Source of the DNA: Myxococcales bacterium
GTDB taxonomy: Bacteria > Myxococcota_A > Polyangia > Polyangiales > Polyangiaceae
Direction of reading: 5' to 3'
Assembly: GCA_043747615.1 (NCBI GenBank)
Contig: JAYTOU010000023.1
Location: forward strand, 64,001-128,000
Length of the DNA stretch: 64,000 bases
Shown here: one piece after another, positions 47,069 through 56,342 of the stretch
How the letters are laid out: each line of letters starts with the position of its first letter
Numbering within the stretch: position 1 is the first letter of the stretch
Notes under the pieces: generated by a model
Told to the model about the DNA's origin: nothing
The model's input: the letters and a program-made list of their open reading frames with translations, nothing else
Database searches by the model: none
Position numbers and translations under genes: made by a program

Positions 47069-48511
47069 TCACTTCGTAAAGGTCGCCTTGCAGTACGTTG
47101 CTTCCGTTTGATCGACGGGCGCATCCGGGAGCGACGGCGGAGTCATGAAGGGCGGGTTCTTAAAATCGAAGAAGTCGAGGAGCGGGTCGGCGTTGGCGTC
47201 GCGCCCGGTGAGCGCCGGCACCTTGAACTTCGTCTCGATGAAACGCGTGATGCTCGTGTGGTCGTACTTCACGTGCGAAACGAAGCTTTTTTTCGCGTAG
47301 GGAGAGACCACGAGGAGCGGGACCCGAACGCCCAGCGCGTCGAACCCGCCGGCCGCGGGCGCTTCACCGGGATCGAAGAGCGGAGCCTTGTCGTCGGGCG
47401 GGCAGGCCTTCGGCGGAGCGACGTGATCGTATAGACCGCCGTGCTCGTCGTACGTGATGAAGAGCGCGAGCTGCTTCCACTGCGGACTCTTCATGAGAGC
47501 CTGCACGACGTCGCTCCCAAATTTTTCTCCAAATTGCAGGTCGCTGGGAGGATGCTCGTCGTTCTGGTTCGGCCCCTCCATGCCCAGCTTGGGATCGAGA
47601 AAGACCACCGACGGGAGCGTGCCCGCCGCTGCCGCCGTGAAGAAATCCGCGATGCGCAGGACCGCTGCGCGATCCGATCCCCACCGATTGACGAGCCGGG
47701 TCCCGACCGCCACGGCCGCGCCGATCGCGCCGTCTCCGTAGATATTCCAGTCGACGTGCCGTTTCTCGAGCTCGTCGAAGATGAAGCCGTCGCTCTCGGG
47801 ATAGGTGAACGCGCTCGTGTCCGGAAGGGCGTTGCTCGTGCGCCCAAAGCTCGTTGCAGAATACAAGTACATCCGGTTCGGCCAGGTCGGCCCCTGGAGC
47901 GACGCGTGATAGTGGTCCGCGATCCCGAACGTGCTGGCCAGCGCGTAGTAGAACGGTATTTCTTTCTCATCGTAGAACCAGAGCGCGCGATCCCCACTCT
48001 CGCCGGGGCGCGGGCCCTGGTTCGCGAGGAAAAAGCCATCCATCTTTCCGCCATTCACCTCTTGGTGCGTACCGTTCCACTCGTGGTTCGTGTCGAGGAA
48101 ACAGAAGTGCTCGGCGTGCTTTCGGGCGTGGGGCATGCCCATCGCGTCGGGGTTGGTGACGCCGTCCGGAGCGACCTCGATGTCCGTCCGGTTACCGAAC
48201 GCATTGAGGTGCGAATAGTAGGAATCGAACGAGCGGTTCTCGAACATGAGAACAACGACCGTCTTCACCGGAATGTCGGCGTCGACGGGCGAGCTCGCGC
48301 CGAGCGTTTCGGCGGGCATCGCGCCGCGTGCAAAACCGCAGGAGGCGCGTTTCATCGCGGCGGTGGCGTCGTCGGGGCGGGTGACTTTGCGGTCCCATTC
48401 CGGGGGGGTCGGCGCACGCGGATCGACCGGAGCATCAGGCACTTTGGTGCTGCCACATGCCAACCCGAGGAGTGAAACGAGCAGGATCGGTTTCCAGGTG
48501 GTTCGGTGCAT
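47069..48511 (-). CDS. Phospholipase C / phosphoesterase family lipoprotein
   Basis: LAC lipobox; ENRSFD, GPTWPNR, DEHPP, TYDEHGGLYDHV, LGVRVP. Confidence 0.92.
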   Translation of the reverse strand: MHRTTWKPILLVSLLGLACGSTKVPDAPVDPRAPTPPEWDRKVTRPDDATAAMKRASCGFARGAMPAETLGASSPVDADIPVKTVVVLMFENRSFDSYYSHLNAFGNRTDIEVAPDGVTNPDAMGMPHARKHAEHFCFLDTNHEWNGTHQEVNGGKMDGFFLANQGPRPGESGDRALWFYDEKEIPFYYALASTFGIADHYHASLQGPTWPNRMYLYSATSFGRTSNALPDTSAFTYPESDGFIFDELEKRHVDWNIYGDGAIGAAVAVGTRLVNRWGSDRAAVLRIADFFTAAAAGTLPSVVFLDPKLGMEGPNQNDEHPPSDLQFGEKFGSDVVQALMKSPQWKQLALFITYDEHGGLYDHVAPPKACPPDDKAPLFDPGEAPAAGGFDALGVRVPLLVVSPYAKKSFVSHVKYDHTSITRFIETKFKVPALTGRDANADPLLDFFDFKNPPFMTPPSLPDAPVDQTEATYCKATFTK

Positions 48512-48562
48512 CCATCGTAGCTTACCCTTGATTCTCTGACGGCGCGGCGCGACAAGGGAGAC

Positions 48563-49888
48563 ATGATTGAAAAGTCCCTTTCGTCGGAGGAGATCGTCGC
48601 CCTTTCCCGCAAGTACACGATGTACGAGTGGTCGGCGCAATCGGCGGTGGATCCCATCGCGGTCGATCACGCCAAGGGCTCGTGCTTCTTCACGCCCGAA
48701 GGCAAGCGCTACCTCGACTTCAACTCTCAGCTGATGAGCGTCAACATCGGCCACGGCGACGTACGCGTGATCGACGCCATCAAAAGGCAGGTGGAGAAGC
48801 TCGCGTACGCCAATCCCTTCATGGCCCACGAGCCGCGCGCGCGCCTCGGGAAGAAGCTCGCCGAGCTATGTCCGGGAGACATGGACGCCTTCTTCTTCAC
48901 GAACGGCGGAGCCGAAGCCAACGAGAACGCGATCAAGATCGCGCGTCTCTACACGGGCCGCAACAAGATCCTCGCGCGCTATCGTTCGTACCACGGCGGT
49001 ACGGCGGGAGCGATGACTCTCACCGGCGATCCGCGAAGGTGGGCCGCCGAGCCGGGCATACCGGGCGTCGTTCGCATTCCCGATTTTCACAAATGGGGAA
49101 AGAAGGATCCGGAGCCCGTCGCGCAGTCGCTTCACGACATCGAAGAGGTGATCATGTTCGAGGGGGCGAAGAACATCGCCGCCATCCTTCTCGAGACCGT
49201 GGTCGGTACGAATGGCGTCCTCATCCCGCTCGACGGCTACATGCAGGGCGTGCGCGAGATCTGCGATCGCCATGGAATCATGATGATCTGTGACGAGGTG
49301 ATGTCCGGCTTCGGGCGCACCGGGAAATGGTTCGCTGTGAACCACTGGGACGTGACGCCGGATCTTATGACGATGGCCAAGGGGCTCACGAGCAGCTACC
49401 TGCCCCTCGGCGCGGTCGGCATGCGTCGCAAGATCGCCGACCACTTCGACAAGAACGTGTTCTTCGCGGGGCTCACGTACAACAGCCATCCGATGGGCTG
49501 CACGGCAGCGTTGGCGACGATCGCGGTCTACGAAGAGGACAAGCTCATCGAGCGCGCCGCCAAGATGGGCGAGGTGCTGAAGAAGCATCACCAGGCGCTC
49601 TACGACAAGCACCCCTGCGTCGGAGCGGCGCGGAGCATTGGCCTCTTCGGGATTCTCGAGATCGTGCGTGATCGCAAGACGTACGAGCCGATGGCTCCGT
49701 ACAACGGGGCGAGCGACGAGATGAAGGCCATTCATCATCATCTCAAGCAGAACGGGCTCTACACGTTCGTTCGCTGGAACACGATCATGACCAACCCGCC
49801 GCTCTGCATCACGGAAGACGAGCTCGCGGAGGGCTTCAAGATCATCGACGCCGCCCTCACCGAGGCCGACAAGGCCGTCAAGAAGTAG
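48563..49888 (+). CDS. Class III aminotransferase
   Basis: GKRYLDF, GAEANENA, SYHG, DEVMSGFGRTG, AKGL (PLP Lys). Confidence 0.95.
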   Translation: MIEKSLSSEEIVALSRKYTMYEWSAQSAVDPIAVDHAKGSCFFTPEGKRYLDFNSQLMSVNIGHGDVRVIDAIKRQVEKLAYANPFMAHEPRARLGKKLAELCPGDMDAFFFTNGGAEANENAIKIARLYTGRNKILARYRSYHGGTAGAMTLTGDPRRWAAEPGIPGVVRIPDFHKWGKKDPEPVAQSLHDIEEVIMFEGAKNIAAILLETVVGTNGVLIPLDGYMQGVREICDRHGIMMICDEVMSGFGRTGKWFAVNHWDVTPDLMTMAKGLTSSYLPLGAVGMRRKIADHFDKNVFFAGLTYNSHPMGCTAALATIAVYEEDKLIERAAKMGEVLKKHHQALYDKHPCVGAARSIGLFGILEIVRDRKTYEPMAPYNGASDEMKAIHHHLKQNGLYTFVRWNTIMTNPPLCITEDELAEGFKIIDAALTEADKAVKK

Positions 49889-49905
49889 CCTTACATCCCA
49901 GTGGA

Positions 49906-49940
49906 GCTTTTTTCCGAGCCCCCTTCGGCACCAAAAAAGC
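49906..49940. terminator. Possible bidirectional terminator hairpin
   Basis: GCTTTTTT-CCGA..TCGG-..AAAAAAGC inverted repeat between convergent genes, 17 bp after the stop; short GC stem. Confidence 0.35.
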
Positions 49941-50106
49941 GGGTGCACGATGTTGTCGTGCGTTGAAAAAATGCTGAGCGTGGGCATGCCGAAAGCGCTC
50001 TACGCCCGCTCCTTCCCGTACAGGCCGCCTTGTCGCATCTGTGTGCCGGAGCGGCCGAGGACTAGAAATGTGGAGGGCGTGCATCGCGTTCGGGTTGGGT
50101 GTTCTT

Positions 50107-50943
50107 TCAGCGTCGTTGGGGACGCCGGAAGGCGACCACGTTCGAAGTGGGTGATGGCGCTGGATCGTGCGGAGGGAGGGCGACCACGAGGCGCTCGATG
50201 CGCGGGAGTACGTCGGCGATCGCTTTCTCTGCGCGAAGCTCGTCGAACGCGGACTCGAACACCACCAGGAGCAGATAGATTCCAGCGAACGCGTGCGCTA
50301 CGTAGCCGAAGTCCTCCCCGCGCTGCGTATGGTGGAGGGGCTTGCCGCGCCGAAGAGCCGAGATCTCCGGCAGGGCGCGCACTTCGTGAATGGCGCGCTG
50401 CGACGACGCCGGCACTTCGTCGGGATCGCGCAGGACGCTCGCCGACGCGACGGGCTCCGGGAACGGCACGTCTTGATCTACGGCCGAAGGAACGAGCTCG
50501 GGCCGCGCGACTTCCACCAGTCTCACCGACTCGGGCAGCGACCCTGCTTGAAGCGCGGAGCCCCACACGACCGGCGAGTGCGCATCGAGCACGAGCGCGT
50601 CGGCAGCATGGGCCCGCATGGCGAGAGCGCGGAGCTCGTCGCGAAGAGAGCGCTGAATCGGACGGCCGCCCGCGCGCGAATCAAGCGGCAGCTCCGTCAG
50701 TGACTGCTCGAACGTACGCACGAGAATTTCCATCCGGCGCGCTGTCGACGGCGCATCGTTCGGAGCCGCGGCGAAGCTCGCGAGCACCTGCCGGCCATCG
50801 AGGAGCGTGACCGCGAGCGCGTTGGAAGCCGTCGGCTCTTCCGCAGACTCGAGAATACGAACGTCAACGGCCCCGAGCTCGCGCATCACGAGCGCAGAGA
50901 AGCGGTGGAAAGGCGTATCGTCGTCCGGAGGAAGAGATGACAT
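50107..50943 (-). CDS. Hypothetical protein (possible roadblock/profilin-like elements)
   Basis: Host-like codon use from MSSLPP; the upstream extension runs antisense through the tRNA and is discarded. Confidence 0.65.
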   Translation of the reverse strand: MSSLPPDDDTPFHRFSALVMRELGAVDVRILESAEEPTASNALAVTLLDGRQVLASFAAAPNDAPSTARRMEILVRTFEQSLTELPLDSRAGGRPIQRSLRDELRALAMRAHAADALVLDAHSPVVWGSALQAGSLPESVRLVEVARPELVPSAVDQDVPFPEPVASASVLRDPDEVPASSQRAIHEVRALPEISALRRGKPLHHTQRGEDFGYVAHAFAGIYLLLVVFESAFDELRAEKAIADVLPRIERLVVALPPHDPAPSPTSNVVAFRRPQRR

Positions 50944-51053
50944 GAAGAGTCGCCCTAGCTGGCCTTCGGCGGGCTGTGTCGGGTGATGATCATCTCGCGA
51001 CGTATAACATTCTTGCCGACAAGCGACGAACGCGTGGCTACTCTCTTTGGGGG

Positions 51054-51127
51054 GCCCCCGTAGCTCAGCTGGATAGAGCAGAGCTTTCCTAAAGCTAAGG
51101 TCGCACGTTCGAATCGTGCCGGGGGCG
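51054..51127 (+). tRNA. tRNA-Arg (anticodon CCT), CCA not encoded
   Basis: Acceptor GCCCCCG/CGGGGGC, D arm GCTC/GAGC, anticodon loop TTCCTAA, T arm GCACG-TTCGAAT-CGTGC. Confidence 0.96.
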
Positions 51128-51238
51128 CGCTTTCTTTTGGGAAGTGCCCTTCGGTTGGCGCAGTTGGTTTCTGTTTGAGGTCGCTGCGGCACAGGCCTGG
51201 CACACCAAACTCCCGAGTTCACCAGCTTTGCGGAGCGG

Positions 51239-52642
51239 TCAGAACAACGAACGCCAAGCGTCGACGACGTAAGCGAGCGGGCCGAACGTAAGCGGGCTCC
51301 ATGGCGGCTCGCCCGAAAGAAACCGATCGCTCTGCGCCCCGTGCACGAGACCAAATGCAATGAGACACTGGGTTGCAACGGACCAGACACAAGCGGCCTG
51401 TAACCGATGGCGGGATCGCTCGCGCCAGGCTAAGGCCAGACCAGGCGCGAAGAGTGGCAGTGTGTCGCTTACCATCCGATAGCTGGCGCAATAGCTGCCA
51501 GTCCACCCACCCCACTTGCCGAGCAGCAACCAATAGAAAAAAAGCCCGGACAACAGCATACGTTCTCGCGAGAACACCATTCCGCGATTTTTGGCGAGCG
51601 CGAATACGGCGAAGAGCAAGCACGGCGAATAGAGGAAAATCCCACGTGCCGGCGACACTAGGATTCCAGCGAGCCCCCCGGGCCAAAAGCCGGTCCAGCC
51701 TTCGCTTGCTTCGGCTCCGTATCCGGTCGCGAGCGGACTACCGAACAGTCTCCAATTGTAGAGGCCGACGAGAGCCAGGAAAAAGCCAACGCCGCCGGCG
51801 GCCAACGCCGCTCCCTTTCGGCTTTCGACCGCGAGCGCTGCGATCAATGCGGCAGCCAAGATGATGTCGACACTGCGGCAAGCCACGGCGAGGCCGGCGC
51901 AAAGACCGACCGCCAAGCCCTGTCTCCACCACGTGCGAACGCAATAGAGTCCCGCGACCGCGAGGCTCAGAGAAAACCCCGCGCCGGTATGCTGCCAAAG
52001 GGCTTTGCCGAAAATGGTAGCCGCTGCGGTGCCCGCGAAATAGGCAAGCGTCACCCAACGTGCATCGCGTTCGTTTCCCGTAATCTGCGTGAACACCGAA
52101 AAAAGGAACAAGACGGAGACGGAGGTAAGGCCGGCCGCAGCAATGGAGTCAAGTTCGTATAGGGCATCGCTATTCGGATCGAAGTGACCGAGTGCCGAAG
52201 GCAAATAAAATGGGATTGCGAGGAACGAGGTGGCGATCGGATAGCGGGAGAGAGTGTGCGAGCCCACTAAGGTAAACGCGTAGCTCGATCGGTCATGGAG
52301 GCTGTCCAAAAAGAGCGTGTGTTCGCGCAAGAAAATCAACGGCAAAACGCGGGTGGGGGCCATGTCGCCGGAGCCGAGGTATCGCCCGTTGCCGAGAAAA
52401 AACGCGAAGCTGGATAGAAGTAACACCAAGCGCTTGTGAGGCACGGGGCTCACGGCAACCGAGGAAGCAAGCAGGAGCGCTGCCAAGGCCGTTTCGATCG
52501 TCAGGCGGCTACCCGGAAGGATGAACGAGCCGAGCACACGCGGCGTGGGACCCGACCACAACATGGTCAAGACGTCGCATGTAACGACCAATGCAACCGT
52601 CAGCAGCGCAAAAGCCCAACGCCAGCGCAGAGTCATACGCAT
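51239..52642 (-). CDS. Polytopic membrane protein, GT-C glycosyltransferase-like
   Basis: AGAGGA RBS; many TM segments; SGD, SRYPI, LWQH, YNWRLFGSPLATGY, SPARGIFLYSP. Confidence 0.72.
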   Translation of the reverse strand: MRMTLRWRWAFALLTVALVVTCDVLTMLWSGPTPRVLGSFILPGSRLTIETALAALLLASSVAVSPVPHKRLVLLLSSFAFFLGNGRYLGSGDMAPTRVLPLIFLREHTLFLDSLHDRSSYAFTLVGSHTLSRYPIATSFLAIPFYLPSALGHFDPNSDALYELDSIAAAGLTSVSVLFLFSVFTQITGNERDARWVTLAYFAGTAAATIFGKALWQHTGAGFSLSLAVAGLYCVRTWWRQGLAVGLCAGLAVACRSVDIILAAALIAALAVESRKGAALAAGGVGFFLALVGLYNWRLFGSPLATGYGAEASEGWTGFWPGGLAGILVSPARGIFLYSPCLLFAVFALAKNRGMVFSRERMLLSGLFFYWLLLGKWGGWTGSYCASYRMVSDTLPLFAPGLALAWRERSRHRLQAACVWSVATQCLIAFGLVHGAQSDRFLSGEPPWSPLTFGPLAYVVDAWRSLF

Positions 52643-53084
52643 ATGTGATTCCTCTACCTTGACCCGGCCTGGTGCATCAGCGAGATCCGTCCGCCGCCCT
52701 CGGCGAGTTAGACCGCACAATCTGCGCTGTGTAAACAAGCGAGGAGCTTCAGGTTCAGTAAAGCTCCATTTGCGAGCGGACAGCACCGCCTCAACTCAGT
52801 TGGTTTGGTTTGGTCGATTTCGACGACCAACATCCGACTTCGCGCCTTATCTCGCCTGCCTCTTTTCGTCTCGATGGGCGTTCCTCTTCCTACGCTCCGC
52901 GGCGCGCGAGGACGCTCCCCCGTGGCCGAGCCGCCTTCGACGAGTACGACCACCGCCACGAGTGCCGCCGTCCACGTCGTCCCCGCTCGCGAGCGTTGTC
53001 GTCCCTTGAATCAGACTGCGGACAAACTTCGCAGTTGAGGTTTCACGCAACTTGTTGGCGCGTTCGTCGATCCCTTACGACACG

Positions 53085-53210
53085 GGAGAGCGCTTCGCGG
53101 TCGGCCTGCGGAACGGCGAGGCTCTGGCGTGGGACCACGACGGTCGCCTGTGGGCGTTCGTCAACGGCCGCGATTTCCTACACCCCGCAGGAACTCCCGA
53201 CACGTTCTAT
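53085..53210 (+). pseudogene. Fragment of PQQ-dependent glucose/sorbosone dehydrogenase gene
   Basis: FAVGLRNGEALAWDHDGRLWAFVNGRD motif, isolated in about 40 codons. Confidence 0.62.
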
Positions 53211-53214
53211 CTCG

Positions 53215-53450
53215 CGGGTGCTGAAGGCCGTCATGAGCTCCTTCTCGCAGGCGCTCGGCGTGAGGTGCAGCTGGTGTCATATCGAGAACGATTTCGCCAC
53301 AGCGACCGCACGAAAGGCAGACGCCGCTTTCATGTGGGACGTCTTCGTCGCGCAGATGCAGCTCGTCGACGGCAGTCCGCTCTACTGCGACTCATGCCAC
53401 CACCAGAGCGCCGTGTTCCTCCATCGAAACGTCACCGAGAAACATGCGCT
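53215..53450 (+). pseudogene. Fragment of multihaem cytochrome c (reaction-centre cytochrome c-like domain)
   Basis: MSSFSQALGVRCSWCH...ARK..A..M...CDSCH; no signal peptide. Confidence 0.6.
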
Positions 53451-53493
53451 CGCGAAGTTACCACGCGCCGGCGTCGCAGGCGGGGCTGCAGCC

Positions 53494-53799
53494 ATGATCG
53501 CGCGTTCGATAGCGGCGTGCGTGGTGCTCGGTGTCCTCGTCACCGCCGGATGCATCGGTGGTCAGAGCGAGCCCGCACGCCAGACCTCCGACGCCCTCGG
53601 GGATCGCTCTCGCGACGTACCTCCGGCGACACTTCAGGAGCGCGACTGGAAGGAGGCGGCTAAGGGTCATGCCGCCGCAGGGCCGATCCCCGCCGCCGAG
53701 CTCGTGCGGATGGAAAGACGCAGTGCCCCCGGCGGCAACCTCGACGTCGACGCGAGCGCGGGAGACGCGAGCGCGCCTGCATCTCGCGCTTCGAAATAG
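53494..53799 (+). CDS. Small or truncated lipoprotein
   Basis: MIARSIAACVVLGVLVTAGC signal/lipobox; in frame with the cytochrome fragment. Confidence 0.45.
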   Translation: MIARSIAACVVLGVLVTAGCIGGQSEPARQTSDALGDRSRDVPPATLQERDWKEAAKGHAAAGPIPAAELVRMERRSAPGGNLDVDASAGDASAPASRASK

Positions 53800-53923
53800 C
53801 TCCGCGCGTCAGCTCCGAACGGGCTTCGAGGTTACGTCTGTTCGCGATCGTGTTGGAGACCGCGACGCGGCAAGCCCGCAAGGAACGGACTCGGGGTCAG
53901 CGCTCGCCTTCTTGGGGGTGCTG

Positions 53924-53945
53924 CGAATCGTACCGGGGGGCGCGC
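53924..53945 (+). repeat. attR-like degenerate copy of tRNA-Arg 3' end
   Basis: CGAATCGTACCGGGGGGCGCGC vs 51110-51130 CGAATCGTGCCGGGGGCGCGC: one substitution, one extra G. Confidence 0.8.
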
Positions 53946-54308
53946 CTATTTTCGTGCTCGACGTTGACGGCCGCGCGAATCCGATGAAGCACTCGCGTCA
54001 TGGCCATCGAAGTTATCGTCCCGTCCTTCCTCGCAGGCACTGCTGTCACCTGGGTGCCTCGCGATCCCGTCATCGACGTGACCTCACGCGCCGCGCGAAA
54101 GAAGATCCTCGACATGGCAGAGCGCGCAGCGGCTCGGAGCGGCCCGAGGAGCGACGTCCCCGAGGACGAGGAAGCCGACACCGCCGAGGTTTGACCTAAA
54201 ACGCGTCCACTCAGTCGATCCGCGACAGGCCTGCCTACCGGAAGACGCGAGTACGCTCCGATCATCTGCCGCAAGGCGGTCGACGGCGCGCAACTCCGGC
54301 ACCCGCAC

Positions 54309-55421
54309 CTAGTGGGAGCGGAGCGCGTTGAGCAGCTCGATCAAAATCAGGAGGATGACGATTATTTCTAGGATCGTGCTCCTGCGGATCTGCACCTCGT
54401 CTTTCAGCAAGTCGTAGGCGCGCCCCACGAGCGCCTGCTTGCCGTCGACGCTCTTGCGCCAATCGGGGAGCCGGAAGCGACGAATGGCGGAGTCGTAGAC
54501 GCGCGCGAGATAAAAATCGCCGATGATTTTCAGGGCGTTGTCCACCCGCTCGGTGAACTCGGTGAGCTCGACGAGACGGCGCAGTACACCGCGCGCCAGG
54601 CGGCCGTACGGACTACGAAAGATCGAAGAGCGACGCGCCTCGGCGAACTGGGTGTAGATTCGCCCGAGCTCGACGTCGAACGTCTCGTCGTAATACCGAA
54701 GCTCGAGAAGCTGCGCGGTCGCAAACTCCAGGATGTCGGGGATGTCGCGGCTGCCGGAGGGCTCGAGGACGAACGCGCTGTTCCAATCGATGATCACGAG
54801 ATCGTCTTCGAAATAGCTGTTGGCGTGCTTGAGCACGTCGTCGCGCTGCTGCGCGCTCAGGTTCTTTGCGCCCGGCTCGCCGACCAAGAGCTTGGCGAGG
54901 ACGGAGCTGTGCTTCAAGCTCTCCGCGCACGTCTCGCCTCCGACCTCTTGCACGAAGAGCACGGTGTACGTCTCGACCCCGCGCCAAGCGTGTGGACCGA
55001 TGATCGCCGAGTCGATCTTTTTGACGAGCGCATCGAGCTCCACCCGCGCGTGCTCCTCCAGCACCGGGGAATCATAGATCTCGTCGCATAGCGGGGTGAG
55101 GCTCGCGAGCTCGGTGGCTTGGTCGATCGCGAGCTCGAAGCGAATAGACACAGCGCCGTAATCGAAGAGGCGCGCGTACACGCCGAGCTCCAGGGCGGTC
55201 TTCGTGCCCGGTAGAAAAATCGAGCGCGTACCGAGCGTGACGTCGAGCGGGAGGACAGAGAAGACGAGGTTCTGCGCGCCCGCGCGATCCAGTCGAAGGC
55301 GACCACCCGCTGCCGTTCCGAGAATTTTCTCCGCGACGTCGAGGGCGATCTCGTCGCCTGCGTCGAAAATTCGGTAGGCGAGAATGGCCCCTCTGGTAAC
55401 GACGAGAGTGGGTTCGCTCAC
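54309..55421 (-). CDS. RMD1/DUF155-like membrane protein
   Basis: LFDYGAV, QLLELRYYD, C-terminal STILEIIVILLILIEL helix. Confidence 0.7.
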   Translation of the reverse strand: MSEPTLVVTRGAILAYRIFDAGDEIALDVAEKILGTAAGGRLRLDRAGAQNLVFSVLPLDVTLGTRSIFLPGTKTALELGVYARLFDYGAVSIRFELAIDQATELASLTPLCDEIYDSPVLEEHARVELDALVKKIDSAIIGPHAWRGVETYTVLFVQEVGGETCAESLKHSSVLAKLLVGEPGAKNLSAQQRDDVLKHANSYFEDDLVIIDWNSAFVLEPSGSRDIPDILEFATAQLLELRYYDETFDVELGRIYTQFAEARRSSIFRSPYGRLARGVLRRLVELTEFTERVDNALKIIGDFYLARVYDSAIRRFRLPDWRKSVDGKQALVGRAYDLLKDEVQIRRSTILEIIVILLILIELLNALRSH

Positions 55422-55511
55422 GGCGTGAATCGGCGCAAGCGCATGAAGGGGTACGGCCTGCCTACCATGGTCGGGGCACGGCGCAAGTCTCCGTGCGTGC
55501 CTTGAGCGCGC

Positions 55512-56342
55512 GTGCTAGTTGCCATCGCCGTGGGTACGACTCCTCCGCCGACCGCCACCGTCGAGCGCTGGGCGTGGGACTACGTGCACGCGACCGATCT
55601 CGGAACGAAGCTCGCTCCTCGGCCGCGACCGACAGCGTGGGAAGAGGCCCCTCCGCCGCGCAGGATTCCTCGGCCGGGGAGGCCTCCCGAGCTCGTGTGC
55701 ACCGCGCGTGCGCCGAAGAGTCCGGGGCCGGAGGCGCTCCGCGTTCCCGCCAAGCGCGCGCAGCTCGTTCACACCTTTCTCCACCACGAGCTTCAAGCGG
55801 CCGAGCTGATGTGCTGGGCGCTGCTTGCATTTCCGGACACGCCGCGCGCATTTCGCATCGGGCTCCTCCGCGTAATGAGGGACGAAGTGCGGCACATGAA
55901 TCTCTATCTCGATTACCTGACGAAGCTGGGTCACCGGTACGGCTCCTTCGAGGTCCGTGATTGGTTCTGGGAGCGCGTGCCCCAAGCGGAGACTGCGACC
56001 CACTTTGCAGCGGTGATGGGAATGGGCTTCGAGGGGGGGAATCTCGATCACACCCGCCGCTTCGCCGAGCGCTTCCGAGCGGTCGGTGATCTCGAGGGAG
56101 CAGCGCTTCAAGAAAAAGTGTGCAGCGAAGAGATTCCGCACGTGCGCTTCGCGGTGCGCTGGTTCGCGCGATGGGCCGGAGGCGCCGGCTTCGAAGAGTG
56201 GATGACGTACCTGCCCCGTCCGCTCTCACCGATGGTGATGCGGGGCCTTCCGCTCAACCTCGAAGATCGCTTGAAATCAGGCTTTTCCAAGCCATTTCTC
56301 GAGGAGCTCACGCGATGGTCACCCGTAGCGCCTGGGTTCTGA
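55512..56342 (+). CDS. DUF455 ferritin-like di-iron protein
   Basis: HTFLHHELQA, DEVRH, EGGNLD, EEIPHV metal-ligand pattern. Confidence 0.85.
   Translation: MLVAIAVGTTPPPTATVERWAWDYVHATDLGTKLAPRPRPTAWEEAPPPRRIPRPGRPPELVCTARAPKSPGPEALRVPAKRAQLVHTFLHHELQAAELMCWALLAFPDTPRAFRIGLLRVMRDEVRHMNLYLDYLTKLGHRYGSFEVRDWFWERVPQAETATHFAAVMGMGFEGGNLDHTRRFAERFRAVGDLEGAALQEKVCSEEIPHVRFAVRWFARWAGGAGFEEWMTYLPRPLSPMVMRGLPLNLEDRLKSGFSKPFLEELTRWSPVAPGF

Larger units (their letters stand above)
51110..53945. mobile_element. Degenerate tRNA-integrated island remnant, no integrase
   Basis: Bounded by the tRNA 3' end and a near-copy of it at 53924-53945; cargo partly AT-richer and partly fragmented. Confidence 0.68.

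Noticed and set aside
49941..50106. Possible ncRNA or small ORF between convergent genes
   Set aside because: Only short hairpins (e.g. GCACGA/TCGTGC); no RNA family or riboswitch consensus recognised
50944..51390. N-terminal extension of ORF 50107..51390
   Set aside because: Runs antisense through the tRNA; start at 50943 is more plausible
25291..53450. Photosynthesis genes (PuhB-like PH protein at 25291, PufC-like fragment at 53215)
   Set aside because: No puf/puh/bch genes; both domain types also occur in non-phototrophs; the loci are far apart
52810..53799. Single intact 329-aa protein
   Set aside because: First third is not protein-like, the dehydrogenase motif lies in another frame, and a signal peptide is internal
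54000..54194. 64-aa ORF just outside the attR-like repeat
   Set aside because: Plausible codon use but no motif or RBS; cannot be supported from sequence alone
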